Below, in pieces: positions 51,125 to 64,000 of a stretch of DNA of 64,000 nt (positions are counted from its first letter, which is position 1; each line of letters opens with the position of its first letter). A model generated the notes under the pieces. The model had not been told where the DNA came from and searched no databases. It saw nothing but the letters and a program-made list of their open reading frames with translations. This DNA is from Camelus ferus (Eukaryota): NCBI RefSeq assembly GCF_009834535.1, contig NC_045698.1, positions 1,676,001-1,740,000 of the forward strand, in the 5' to 3' direction. Both the position numbers and the translations under genes were made by a program.

Positions 51125-52100
51125 AGGATTCGGCCACTGGAGGAGAGATGCCACATTGCGACAGCCCAACACGCACTGGAATTGGGCCCTTGAGGAGGCT
51201 GTTAGCAGAAGCCAGGCTGGTGTCCTAAGGGGTGTCAATGAAAACTCCACAAAAAGTGAGGAAAAATATTATTAGAGGAAAGAAGACTCTTACTATTCAG
51301 GGGTGGAAATTTTAGCAAAATTATTGCCTGAAATAATGGAGAAAATATCAAATGCTTGCAATGACCTGAGGGATTTGGCCATGGGAAAGCTTAGGCAGAA
51401 TGCTGGAAGTGCCAGCTGCTTTGCTTCAGCTGAGCATCACAAGGTAAGGGGAGGGGACGGGCCGCAGAAGGAGGTCTTCAGCTTTCAAGTGGAATTTAGA
51501 GGAAATACAAGCAGACAGGGCTTGCTGGCCCTGAAAGCAAACGACTTCCCACCTTCAGTCCCTCCGGGAGAGAGATTTCAGGCAGTTCTTCACGGGGTTT
51601 TTCAAACTAGCCCACCTTCTGGGAGTCTCAGTGCACAGATCCTGCCCGATCCACAACCTGGGTTTCTAAGACTCAAAGGCGGTTCCCCCTCTGCACGCAG
51701 GGAGCTCAAGGCAGCGGAGGCTCTCCCTTGAAAAGTATGTGGATGTGACTTCTGGCTCAGGGCACGAGCTATAAGATGATACAAAGGAAACCCACAGTGT
51801 TTTTAAAGAAATTGTACCAGGTTCAGCTGAAATAGTACAAAAACAGTACCCAGAAAAAGGGTGTTCGGGCAGGTGGTTGAGTCGGACGTTCAGTAACAAG
51901 CTCAGGTCATTTCTTGTAGAAAAGGAAGAATGGCCCTTTCGCACACAGTTCTGTAGACTGAGAGAAGCTGTGTGTACGGAAACACGCCCAGGAGCCTTGG
52001 CCTTGCGTGGACCCGAGCCTGTCGCCAGAGAGGCTGAGTGTGGCCTTGACCTGCTTGGCAAAAGGCTGGAGTGTGCGTAACTTGTGGCCAGAGGGCGGGC
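51125..52100 (+). mobile_element. MaLR (MLT1) internal region
   Basis: ttagcaaaattattgcctg...aatgacctgagggatttggcc...aggcagaatgctggaagtgccagctg matches the MLT-int core. Ends with the MaLR PPT ggccagagggcgggc before TG at 52101. Confidence 0.75.
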
Positions 52101-52424
52101 TGGGAGGTTCTTTGTCAAGGAGACGGCCATGAATTTCTCTGCTAGCCGCCCCACTGAGACAGAGGCTCTATTTCCTCTTCTCGAATCCAAGAAGGCTCGT
52201 AGTTGTTTGAGCTAAGGACACAGCAGGAAGGACATCTGTGATTTCTGACGCTGGTCCACAGAAAGCTGCCCAGGGTTCCCCTGCACACCGGGACCCTGTG
52301 CCCTCACGCGAGGGGCTCTGCTGGCCTGGGCGGCCGTGACGCAAAGGAGCCCAGGCAGCATGGGGCGGTCATCGCTCCCCAGGCTCTGGTCCCCGCTGAG
52401 ACACGTGCACACAGGAGTCTCCAA
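52101..52424 (+). mobile_element. MLT1 (F-H-like) 3' LTR, 5' part
   Basis: TG start after the PPT, then aggagacggccatgaattt, ctctatttcctcttctcgaatc, tgtgatttctga. Confidence 0.6.
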
Positions 52425-52632
52425 CTTCAGCCACAAGCCAAGGAGTGGAGGCAGCCACCAGGTGCTGGAGGAGGCAGGACGTGTCCTCTCCTGGACCCTC
52501 TGGAGGGAGTGTGGCCCTGCCCACACCTTCCTTTCAGACTCCTGGCTGCCAGAGCTGTGAGAGGATGCATTTCTGCTATTGTAAGCCACAAAGTCTGGGG
52601 CATTTTGTCACAGCCGCCCCAGGGAGTACGCA
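52425..52632 (+). mobile_element. MLT1 (B/C-like) LTR 3' half
   Basis: gccacaagccaagga, cagccaccag...gctggaggaggcagga, gagggagtgtggccctgcccacacctt, ctgtgagagga...taagccac. Confidence 0.85.
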
Positions 52633-55600
52633 AAACAACCCTTCCTCCAGAAGTCTTGAGAACAAAGTGCCAGGGCCAGGTCCACGGTGACATCTAACCA
52701 ACGTCAAATGCGATTGCCAATCAGCAGACTAGCCGACACTGGGGGGCTGGACAGCGGGGATGAAGGTGGACGCAGGAATACAAGATGCACCCTGGTGAAC
52801 ACGGCGTGCACACACAATGGCAGCGACAAACACAAGAACGCCAGGACCGGGAAGGTGAGGGGTGGTGGCCCCGCAGGGAGGGGTTAGCCTGGGGTTTGAT
52901 TCGGCTCTCGCTCCACCCCCCTCCCCTGCCCAGCCTTGAGCAGGAAGAAGGGACCGGTCAGTTAGAGCGGCCAGCTCGACTGGAACTAGGACACAGTGAC
53001 AAAGTCCTATCCAAGGCTTGGATGCCCACGACGACTCTCAGTGCCCTGGGACCACTGTCCTGCCCCCAGCGCTTCAGGTAAACACTGGGTGAGAAGGCCG
53101 TCGCTTCCCGTAAACAGACCTACCGTCTAAGACTTCCACCGTGCAAGCAGACGCCCATCCTGGGGCTGCATTCAGACTGGTGGGGAGCTGCTTCGTGCAG
53201 TCCCTGTGCCCCTGACGCAAACTCTCCTCACGACTTCTCGGGGAACCCTCCCTTCCTCTCCTGTCTTTCCTCCATCCCTCCCTCCCATTCTTCCTTCTTT
53301 CTTTACTTTCTGTCCTTCTGTCTTAATCCTCGGGAAGCTCCTAAGACAAACAGAAGGCGCCCAGGAGACACACTGTCCGTGCAGCTGTGGGTGGGCGGCC
53401 TCCTCCCTCCACCCTGCTGCTCCACGCAGGCCTCACGGTCACGTCGTGTCTTCCATTTGTTCCTCCACCTGTCCTGTCCTCCTGCTCTCGGGTCACTTTA
53501 TGGAGTCCAGAGGCTGCACTCGACGTGCAGGTGAGCAGCACCATTTCTCTCCCTAACGATGCGTGCGGCCGTCCTAGGATTCACGGGCTGCACCGTCTGA
53601 GGACTTAGCCCTGCAGGAGGAATCGGGCCCGTGGAGCAGCAGTGGGACGAGTGCACCGTGTGAGCTGCAGGAGGACTGGGCCCTGTCGCCGGGCACCTGG
53701 GCCTGTGCCCTGGGCTGTTCGCTGCCTGGAGGACTCGTGAGGAAGAGTCAATCAGAAAATAACAAAGAAAGCTTTTCCGTTTACCCAGGAGGCAGAGTAC
53801 ACACAAGGGGCAAATGCCGTCCTTCCAAACTCTTAGCTGCTGAGAGGTTCCAGCCGCGACCGTCTGTGGGAGTGGAAACCACCTGGAGCCACAGGTGACA
53901 TCAGCTCCCGTCCCCACTGCCCGATGGCACCGCCCAGCCACCCAGACCCTCAGCGGCTACCTCGCCTTTCCTGTGGGGCAGCCTGAGCTGTGACCTGGAG
54001 GGACATAAGCTGGTCCCCCACGGAGGGCAGGCCTGACACCCCACAGCCGAGAGCCTCGACCCCGTCCCCTGGGGGCTCATCACGCTGCAGTTGAGCGGGT
54101 CCCGGGGATCCGGGCGAGAGCAGAGTCTCTGAGGGGAATTGCAAAGGCCTGAGGACCCTGGCCCTGCGGAGATGACCTAGGCCGGCCTGTCCACCAGGGC
54201 AGTGCTGACACAGGCCTGCGTGGGGCCCCCCAGAGACGTGGCCCAAACTTCTGCTCTCAGCTCGGAAGCGGCCGAGGCGGGGTTTTCTCGCTGGTGCTTT
54301 GGGTTTGCTCCTCTGAGCTCGCTGGTTCACGGGGAGCCTTGCCTTTGCTCTCGCACCTGCCTCTCTGCTCCCTGCACGGGTGCTGGGAGCCGGGCGAGCC
54401 GCCTCCTGGGCTGTCACGTGGCGCGTGACTCAGAAGCCCCCGAGCTTGCGCAGGTGTGTCCATCGCGTCTCCATACTCGGGCTTCTAGGACATCCTTCTA
54501 AACCCTCTCGACAGAAGGCGTGCCCAGTGAACAGTCGGCCGCTGCGTGGGCTCGGAGAGGAACGATGGCATGGAGAGACAGTCAGGCGGGGAGGCGAGGA
54601 GAGGGCCCCGCAGGGAGCGAGGTGCCCGGGAAGACGGCGCCCGTCTGCAGGCGGCGGGCGGGGCTGCGTCAGGGCGGCTCGGACGCTCGCCTAGGATTAA
54701 CCCGAAAGCGCTCCCTTCAGTTTCCCACCATGGCTGCTTCGCGTTGAAAAACCAATGGAAACACAAGAAGGGAAAATAAAACCATAGCTGAGGGAAGGGC
54801 GCTTTCCAGCTCGCCTTCCACGTGAGACGCCCCTTCCGCGCCCAGGCCCGCCGGAAGGCCCGGGGTGGGGGGGTGCCGGGGGCGGGCGCGAGCTCCCCCC
54901 ACGCGGCGGGCAGATGTCCGGGGCTTTGATAACCAGGAAACCCCGAAATAGCCTGTGGAGGGAAATTACCCACAGATGTGTCACAGGGAGAAGAGTCAAG
55001 CACTTGCCAAAAAATTAGTCAAAATTGCATTTGCCCGGATCAGCGGGCTCCTCTGAAGTGTGAGTCTTGGCGCGGGGCACGCGATCCAAACTGTCCAGAG
55101 TCTTCAAAGGCAAGGCACCCGGGTGTTCTTGGCAAATTCGTGTTTTATCCCGAGAGGATTCACAGGAGAACCGAAGGGTGTTCCAGCCACTTGCCACTTA
55201 ATCGTGGAACTGGAGCCAAAGAGCGGGAGACACAGGGCTGCCCTGCGAGGGGCTGGGGGCTGGCCCCGTGGGGCTCGGAGGCCCGAGGCTCCCTGACCTG
55301 GGACGCACCCCGCTCGGCGTAGCTCTCACGAGGGGTCTGCTCGAGTCTCCCCTCGGGGAGGCCCCGTCCGGCTGCACTAGTGCGACGCTCACCCGATGCC
55401 CCGACATCACTGTGGTGAACAGAGGGCCTCCCTCTTCATGAACCCCCACTTTAAATGAGAGGAGACAAGACACAAAGAGGCCTGGGCCAGACCCCCGCAC
55501 CCCCCCCAACAGCAGGGGTGCAGCTCTTCCTCGCTCAGCGAGCTTGGTCCTGTTGGGGACAGACTTCTTCTGAGCAGCGGCCTCTGATCTAAAACGTGTG

Positions 55601-56088
55601 TGTTGCCTCGAGGGGTTGCACATCGTCTCAGGTTCCCAAGACAACATGCAAAATAAAGCCCAGGAAACATTTTAAGGAAAAATACACACAAGAAGTTTCT
55701 TTTTAGAAACCCCCCTGACACCAGGTTCGAGCAGATGCCCTGCATACCCCGCCCCCCTGAGAAGCCACGCTGACGGGCCTACTACGGAACAGCTCCCGCA
55801 GCGGCAAGGCGGACGCGCAGGGAGAGACGCGAAGCTCCTTTGTGCCCCAGGCTCTTATTTGCTCCCTGCGGAGACGCACTTGTCCATCCGGCGGCAAGAG
55901 TCAGACTGAAATACTGACCGAACCTGGGGGTCATGGAGGACACCCCGATGTGCTGGGGCCTTGCAGGGCGTGCGCCTCTGGTCCTCCGGGCCTGTGAGCA
56001 AGGCACAACTCGGCCAGACCTCGCTGTAGCGGGCTGCCCAGCGCCCCCCCGAGAGAGACGCCCGCCTGGAGCTTCAGGGCACGCCCGA

Positions 56089-56436
56089 TGCCGTGCATTC
56101 GGGCTGCTGTAAGGACGCCCCGTCCCACAGACCGGGTGCCTGTGAACCGCAGAAACGCGTGGCTCACAGCTGGGGCGGCTGAATGCTCAGGATCAAGGTG
56201 CCAGCAGGGCTGAGCCGCAGCGAGAGCCCCCGTCAGTCTGTGGACGGCTGCCTCCCCACTGCGTCCTGGCCTGCTGGGCTCCCTGGGGGCCCCTGTCATA
56301 AGGGCACCAATCCCATTCCCGAGGGCCTCACCCTTGTGACTCGTCCCCACAAAGCTACCCTCTCCTGGCACCCGCTCCTGGCCTCTGGACCTCAACATAC
56401 GGACTTGGGGAGACACAGACATGCAGACCACAGCGG
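56089..56436 (-). mobile_element. MLT1A-like solo LTR
   Basis: cattcgggctgctgtaa, ctcacagct, gatcaaggtgccagcag, ataagggcaccaatcccatt, gggggagacacagacatgcagaccacagc. Confidence 0.85.
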
Positions 56437-56790
56437 TGGCCTTACTTGAAGTAGGGACTTTGCAGGCATCACTGAGTGAAGGAGCTCCACATGGGACCAC
56501 CCTGGGTGAGGGCAGACTTGGAATCTGAAAGAGGGTGTCCCTGTAGGACCCGGGAAAGGAGTGGACAGGAAGGAGCAGGGCTGGGGCGGTGCGGGCCCTG
56601 CTGGCAGAGGACAGCCCGCACGCCAGGAGTCCTGAGAGACACGTGGGACAGGGTGTCCCTCAGACCCCCCAGAAGGGCCCAGCCCTGCCCGAGCCTGGAC
56701 TTGGCCCCCAGCCTCCGGAGCTGCGGGAGGATCCACTTCTGCTGCTTGAAGCCTCCCGGTTTATAGCGACCTGTCTCAGACACTCACCTA
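56437..56790 (+). mobile_element. MLT1 (C/D-like) LTR
   Basis: gtggccttacttgaagtagggactttgcagg...cagccctgccc...cagcctccggagctgcgggagga...ttctgctgcttgaagcc. Confidence 0.7.
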
Positions 56791-57494
56791 CTTACAGACG
56801 CTGGGGAGGCGGACGTGCCCGGCTCCCCACCCCCCTAGGGACGAGTCTCCTGGTGGACGGAAAGCTGGGCCCTGGCCCCCGGCCCCTCCCCGGGGATTCA
56901 TGGGAGCAGCACACGGACAGTCCCTGAGGACACTGGACGGCAAGGGCCGTGGGGGCACTCCAGGCTGTCCCCCCCAACACCCCCATGGCCCGAGCTGACC
57001 CTGGTGCCGGGCTGACTCTGCCCTTCTCACCCCCAAGGACAGAACTGATGAAAACACAAAGGACAGAGGTTCTTGGACAAGCAGAGGAGATGGGGGGATG
57101 TGGCCTCTGGGGACACTGAGGGACACAGGCCTGTGTTCAGGCTCTGAGGAGCCATAGTCTCACTCCCTCACTCCCCCGATGTGCTGCGGGGCCAGGGGGT
57201 CTGAGTTCCCGCCATCGGGGGAGCACCCCCCACCCAAGGAGGAGGGGACCACCGACGGGATGAAGGCAGCCGCCCCCTGGCTGCCCCCAGCGCTGCGTGT
57301 GCCCGCAGCCTGCCCGTGCCTGAGGTGGACACGGCCTGCTGAGCCTGCGCTCTCCTTCCACCTGGACCCCGAGTTCTTAGCTGACTGGCCCCTGCCTGCA
57401 GCCTCCTCCTCACTGACCTGTGAGTTACGGGCATGTCCCGGGCATCTGATGGACATGGTGACTCACGCCTGTAGTACCAGCTGTGCAGGAGGCT

Positions 57495-57562
57495 GCGTGT
57501 CCTGAGTGCGTCCTGAGTGTGTCCTGGCTGCACCTTGGGTGTGTCCCGGGTGTGTCCTGGGT
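57495..57562. repeat. Short tandem repeat, 10-bp unit (gtgtcctgRg)
   Basis: About six imperfect copies are visible. Confidence 0.75.
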
Positions 57563-58896
57563 CTCACTCTGGTCAAAACTGGACCCATTTCTGGGACCTC
57601 ACAGCTGGGCTCCTTACCTTCCCCTTCGACCCCTCTCCATCCTCCCCGCCCCCCAGCCCACCACACTCTCCAGGCTCTGATGGTTCGAATCCACAGAAAC
57701 TGGGAACTGTGCCTGTGACTGAAAGGGAGAAAAGTCACCCTGACCTTCCTTCCTGTCTGTAATTAAGCCTCCCATCCGGCGCCAGCCCTGCCGAAGATGC
57801 CAGGAGCCTGTCCTCCTGCTAGTTTGCTCAGGGAGCCCCTCGGTCAGGACTGTCTCCTGCCGGGCCCCCGCTGTGTGCAGCGGGCCTGGGGGGACAACAT
57901 GGTCCCCAGGGAGCTACACAGGACAGATACACTCCTCTCCTCGAAAAGTCTCTGCATTTGGGGCAAGAAAAGGGATTCCTAAGGTGCCTCACAGCTGTCA
58001 AAGGCTGAAGATCAATTTGCAAATTTACACATTTGAACACTTCACATGTCATAAAAGACTTTAAGGAACGTTCTCTGCTCTCCTCAGACACAAAGCAACT
58101 GAAAACACGTGAGAGTGTCAGGCTCTCGATGTCTGATTACTTAAAGTGTTTCTGAGCACACAGCTGTTCCCAGCTCCCACCAGGTGTCACCTCCCCTCTG
58201 TCCCCAAACTGGCATCGTCACACCATGGTCACGTGATACAGAAAACCAGAGACCGCTTCTATCCATTGCTTTCCTGTCCTCTTGGGGACATGGAGCCAGC
58301 TGGAAACCCCTCTTCCCGTGGTCCCAGGAGGCTGCGCGCGGCCCCTACACTCCCGGGGGCGCGCGTCCATTTCTCTGCCTGATCCTCTTCCTCTGGCCCC
58401 CGAGGTGCCAGGGCTCCCGGCTGTCCCCTCCAAGCCCACCCCGACACATACCAAATCCGCCCACCCACCTGCCCGGTGCAGGTGGCCGAGCAGACCGCCT
58501 GTTGTCATCTGATGCTCTAGGTCTTTGCCATGCCCACCTGCACCCCAGCAGGTCCTCTCCCCCCATTGCTGATCTGGCTGGCTGCTCCTCAGCCCCTCAC
58601 CCACTCCGGGAGCCAGCACCTTCAAGGTCTCCTGTCCCCCCACCCGCCATCCCATCACATCCTCACCTGCTCCCAGTCCCTGCCTGCTCTGCCCGCCCCC
58701 ACCTCTGCCATGTCCTCGGGGCCCCTCCACCCCCCTGGACCAGTGTGGCCCCCACTGCTCCCCAACACCCACCTGCCCTCCATGCACACTAAGGGGCTCT
58801 CACAGGTGGGGTCTCAGGACCCTTGCTTTGCTCCACACATCAGCCTGCTCTCTCGGGATGAAAACGCTGGGCTGTTGTCATCACTCCCTCTCTCCC

Positions 58897-59090
58897 TCCT
58901 TCATTCACTCGTTCATTCACTGATTCATTCATTCATTCATTCATTCATTCAATGACTCATTCGTTGATTCACTCATTCACTCCCTCACTCACTCCCACTC
59001 CTTCATTCATCACTCAATCATTCATTCACTCGATCTGTCATTCATTCACTCATTCATTGACTCAGTCACTCCCTCACTCACTCATCCATC
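58897..59090. repeat. (TTCA)n/(CTCA)n microsatellite, possibly an expanded L2 tail
   Basis: Directly visible ttcattcattca array. It produces the HSFIHS ORFs. Confidence 0.9.
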
Positions 59091-62000
59091 CACCTGGGCC
59101 AGTCTTGGTTGCACAGGGGCCCCCGTGCTGGCATGAGAAGGAGCAGTGATAAGACAGGGCAGGTGCCACCTGGAGCCACTCAGGAGGGGGACCGACACCC
59201 GGCCCGAAGCCCAGGGCCCAGTGACACAGTATCCCACACAAGTTAACCAGAAGTTCTCCAGCTTTAACTCGGAGATGACCAGGTGTTAAACACACTTCTG
59301 AAAGGGTGAACAGCAGGTTCTGTGCACAACTTGACCTCACAGATGGTAAAAACGCAGAAAGTGAGTGCCACTCCTGTGTCGGCGGCACGCGTGGCGCCTT
59401 CCCAGACATGCCAGCCGGCTCTCGCAGAGGGCCTCTCCCAGCGCTGGCGGGTCCTGGCAAGCGCCTGTCCGCACCTCCTCCTTCTGTCACCCTGGAGGGT
59501 GGCTCCACATGCCGCAGCCTGCCCTGTCTCCTCGGGGCCTCGGCCAGGGCCGCCTGGCTCGCGGGGGGAGAGTTCAGCCTGTCTGCCCAACGCCGTCCTG
59601 GGCCCCCTGGGTGTGCCAGCGTCTCTGGGAGTGAGCGGGCATCATGGTCCCTTGGGGCAGGGACTGAGCTGACCATGCAGCTGGGCACCTCCCCAGCTTG
59701 ACGCTTTGTCCCTCCACAGACGGCTGCACTGCGGGGTTTTCCATGTGACACGTGCACACACGCAGACGGAGCCTTGGGAGCTAAACTCCCCCCCCCTTGT
59801 AGTGACCTGTCTGTGTCCCTGTGTCATCACCAGTGTCTCCAGGGAGGCAGGCCTTGAGATGAGCGAGGCCCCCACGCCTGTCGGAGCTGAGCCCCCAGGT
59901 CGCCCCCGGGACCCAGCCGTGGGGTCTTCCAGACACGACGTGCCCAAGCCCCACAGGGACCACGCGGGGCCTACGGCCGCCAGGGCTGCTCTGCCCCAAT
60001 GCGTCTTGGTGAAATCAAAGTACTCATAGTTCCTGAGGCTTCAGGTTCTGCCTTCCAAGTGCTTTTCCAGGAGCGTCTCTGAAAGAGCCCCATGGAAAGC
60101 GCGGTCCGGGAGGCAGCACGCCTCAGACCGCCTCGCGATCCAGAGGGCGGGGCCGCGAAAGGGCGCCGGGAGAGCGCCCTTCTCGTCTCTGAAGTTCCGG
60201 AAGCAGAAAGCACACCTTCGAGCGGAGCCTGCACCGCCCACGCGCAAAGCTCCACGCGCGTCTCACTGAGACGTGACGCTGCACGTCGGAAACTGACACA
60301 ACGCTGCAGACCGACTACACTGCAACCAAAAAAGAATTAGAAAAGATGTTCCATGTGCGCTTTGCTTGGCTGGGGCTCGTCCTAAGGAAAAAGGAACTGG
60401 GAGCCGTGAGGGTCTGTCTGTCCCGTCAGCATCCCCATCATAAGGGGGGGACCAGCACTAAAGACAGCGCTTAAAGTACAGAATCCTGTAGGAAAGACTC
60501 CGTGTAAAGCCCAGAGAAGAGAAACTCTCCCACAGCAGCCTGTGTGAGTCCCCACAGCGTTTATCAGGGACCACGAGGGTTGTTCCGGAGAAGCATGCAG
60601 ACTCCAGGTGGGCAGAGGACAGATCCACTCAAACATACCTGCATCACTGAGCACTCAGCCAGCACCTGCTGTGGGCCTGGCCCCTGCCCGGCCCTGGGGA
60701 AACGGTGGCACGGGGTGGAGGGTCTGTCCCATCAGCTCGCGTGCACTCGGAGAGGAGCACAGCTGTGCCCGGAGCGCGAGCGCCCCGCAGGGACGCGCAC
60801 CTGCGGTCCCCGGGCCGCTCCTCGGGGCGGACTCGCTCCGGGCTGCAGGACACTCACACCAGGAGCCACTCGGAGGAGAAGAGCTTTGACTCTTCTGAGA
60901 GAGGAGTTCAAGCTGGCTTTTCCTGGCACGATGCAGAATTCACAATTCCGCTCCGGACATTGACCTTAAATGGCAAAGTGTAAGAGCAGGAGCCGAAAGC
61001 CCCGCCCTCCCTGCGCACGGTGAGGGTTGAGCGCGTTCACCTCAGACAGTCCCGGGCAGCTGCGGAGGTTTCAGACGACTGCCCATCCCGACCCTCACTC
61101 GCATCCCAAACCCTGACCAGCAAAACGCGGCGGGGGGGGGGGGTCGATGTCTCTGACATCTTCCCCTCCTCTCTCTCCCTGGGAATTCCACGTCAAATAG
61201 TAAAGAGTAACATTTATTTCCTCCCAGAAAATCGCGGAGACACACGAACAGTGGGAGGCATCCCGCCACGAGTTACCGGGAACAAACAAGCAGCATTTCC
61301 CTGGGTCCAAAAAACAAACGTAAAATCATCACTTTTCATGGACGCTGGGCAGGTCTCTGCCTCCTCGTGGCGCCCAGACCCGGGAGCTCTGCGGTCCCGC
61401 TGCTCAGCGGGCACGTCCCTGGGAAGCCGGCTCTAAGCCGGCTGGCGCCTCACTGAAGACCTGCATGTTGTGGGTAAGGAGCCAGGACGACGCACTAGGT
61501 TAGCGCTTGGCCTGTTTAATTGGTTAATCTGCCACCTCTGGACATGATTTTAAATCCACTCCAGAGCAGAGTGACTGAGAATCACTCTGGTCTGACGGCT
61601 TTAAAAGATCACAAGTGAACTGTGTTAAGAAGGCCTCGGCCCACCGACGCCGCCCAAGGATGGCTGCTGCCAGTTCCTCTGGCCGGTGAGGCTTCTCCGC
61701 CCTCCTGCTGGGAGCGTCCAAATCAGACCACGGCGCAGCAGCAAGGAGAGGCTCCCACCAGGCAGGATTAACGGCATGAGTCTGTGCTGCATCAGACCGG
61801 GGCCACCGGCGATCATCGCCGTGGAGGACCCCCAGGTCCTGGAGGTTCACTCCGTCCCTGCTGGGACATGTCCCGAGACCACACGGGGCAGCTGAAAGGG
61901 GGAGATGCAGGACACGCACTCAGTCGATGGAGCCTTGAGGTGCGACGCAAGAGAAAACTTATTTTTTTAAATCAGAGTTTCTATTTTGATGACACTGAAG

Positions 62001-63239
62001 TCAAGTGTGTCTGTATTTTCATAACAGATGACTGAGACCCTGCTTCTCGGCCAGTCCCTGTGCTCACCAGCCCAGGTCACCCCCATGGCCAGGATCGGCC
62101 CCCCTGAACAGACTCCACACGCATCTCCCCATGAGCATGGTCTCTAAGGACGCCAAGGCGGTCCCCGTGCCCCAGACACCCCAGCCAGCCCCTGCCCAGC
62201 CCGGGGGCACAACTCACCGCTCTCAGCCACTTCCCAAGTCACTGGAGAGTGAGACACCAGTACAAACCAGGCTTCTCCCCCTGCTCCTAGGTCCAATGGG
62301 CACATCTGGCCATTTGGAGGCACATCTTTTGACTCCACGAAGTGTAGGGACCTCAAGGAATTGCCCACACAGGGAGGAGAAGGGGAGGAGCGTCAGCAGA
62401 GAGAGATGGGACACCCGGGGAAGGAGGACAGAAGACCAGGATGCAGAGGAGGAAAGCCTGGAGGCCATGGACGGGGGCCCACGAAGCTGCCTTTGGAGGG
62501 GATGACAAAACACTTCAACAGGGCCAGCTGGAGGGGACTAAGGCGTGAGTTGTGGAGACGGACGGTGAGGTGTGGGTGCTCCTCCCAGCATCCCGCAGAG
62601 AACGGGGAAACCAGGCGGAGCCTGGGTGCAGCAGGGGCCTGGAGAAGGCTGAGAGTGGGGCTGGCTGCGCTGAAAAGGCGGAGACATGGCAAGTGTGTGG
62701 GGCCGGCGTGGAGGGACTGGAAGCGGGTGACCTCCAGCAAAGATGATGTGGTGGCCATGATGAGGCTGGAGCAGAAGGCCCCACCCCCTGACACCCACCT
62801 GGGAGGCCACCTGTGCAGGAAGCTCCGTTCCCGCCAAGGCTTCCGGCCCCGACCCGTCTTCTCTCTGCCTGGGGAGCCACCTGCTGCCACTGGAGTGGGA
62901 GCCAGTGGATAAACATCTCAGTGACCCCACCAAGGCGCGTCCCCTGGGGTCTCCTGGCCCCCTCCCGTGTTGCCTCCCAAGTGAGCTCTTTGCCAGATCC
63001 TTTACTCAGAAACTGCGCTGGGTAGCCCACTGTAAGAGGTTGTAAGGCACTGGTGAGGGAACTGGGGAGCTGCTATCAAAGTGCCTCCTGGAAAAAAGCA
63101 GAAGGCCGGCCAGTGCTGCACAGAGAGGTGGAGGGGGAGGCGTGGGAGCGGCCCGGGGGCGGAGTGCTGGGGGGGTTCTGGTCTCAGAAAATGCTCCCTT
63201 TGGCCCTTTTAGAAGAAAACACTGATGATGAGAAACCAC

Positions 63240-64000
63240 AGCCGCGGCCAAGGTCACCGGCACGGGGCCCCCTTGCCAGTGACAGGACGAGGCCGGGTTA
63301 GGCCGCGCGAAGGGCACGCAGCCCCCGTGACAGCCGTGCGCGCCCGCCGCAGACCGGCGTGGCTGAGCCCTGGGCGGAGGTGCTTCCCTCTCCGCCGTCA
63401 CGTCGCCCTGCGTGTCAGGGAAGGACCACCGCTCCTCCTCCTCCCCCTGGACGCGCTCCTTGTTCGTTGGCTTTTTTAGTTAGAAGAGACTCTAAGCCTC
63501 CCCGGGGTCCCCAGCTTAATAAGCCCCTTCCTCTGGATGCCGAATGGGACACGAGACAGCCCAGAAAGACCGCTGGACACTAAATACAGCGGGAGCTGCC
63601 TTCCTCGGAAGCGCCTGCTGTCCCCCGCTCACTCCTGGGAGCCGCGGCGCCGCCCTCCTCCCGGCCTGCGCGCGCCCACGGGCCTGCGGGGCCCCGGCGC
63701 CCCGAGCTCCAGGCCTCCGCCCGCGCCTCCCGCGGCCCCCCCCCCCCCCCCCGCCCGTGCGGCCGCGTCCCCGGGGCGCAGGCCCGGCTGCACCCTCGCC
63801 TCTGCACGGGGTTCTGCCGGGAGCCTGCCGCGCGCCCTCTCACCCGGCCTTCCCGCCTCCCGTCGTAAACGCCACCCTCCAGCAGGCTGAGAGCGACTTG
63901 GTGTGTTTTTCTTAGAAAGCCCAGCTCTTCGCGATGACTCAGGATTGGCAGGGATGTCCCCCTTTCAGCACGCGGCCTGCGTGCTCCAGCCCGGTGTACA
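63240..64000. promoter_or_regulatory. CpG island, candidate promoter or enhancer (runs to the window edge)
   Basis: Very dense CpG, especially 63600-63870, and not recognisably repeat-derived. Several GC boxes (ccgccc), TGACTCA at 63935-63941 and an inverted CCAAT (attgg) at 63944-63948. Confidence 0.6.

Noticed and set aside
62874..62889. CTCF-like motif (tggcagcaggtggctc on the minus strand)
   Set aside because: A single motif match in very GC-rich DNA is not supportable without ChIP or conservation data.

Overview
Mammalian genomic DNA, most likely from a camelid. This is inferred from three tRNA-Ala-derived SINEs of the Vic-1 type plus cetartiodactyl-type L1, ERV1 and Tigger1 derivatives. 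The window is mostly very GC-rich and looks subtelomeric, with AT-richer, L1-dense blocks at about 17-19 kb, 31-32 kb, 37.7-41.7 kb and 43.6-47.1 kb. I recognise no protein-coding gene, and the six-frame ORFs are what high GC and repeats produce by chance. The supportable features are interspersed repeats (L1, L2, Vic-1, ERV1, MaLR/MLT1, Tigger1, hAT), simple and tandem repeats, and a CpG island at the right edge. I found no CRISPR array, bacterial-type system or convincing novel biological system. The most interesting observations are an ERV1 copy that looks like an L1-mobilised polyadenylated transcript, strong AT-to-GC rewriting of some repeats (consistent with GC-biased gene conversion), a SINE+L1 compound insertion, and several homeobox-motif-rich non-repeat islands that look like developmental enhancers. 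Repeat family names come from recalled consensus sequences, boundaries are approximate, and all need RepeatMasker/Dfam confirmation.
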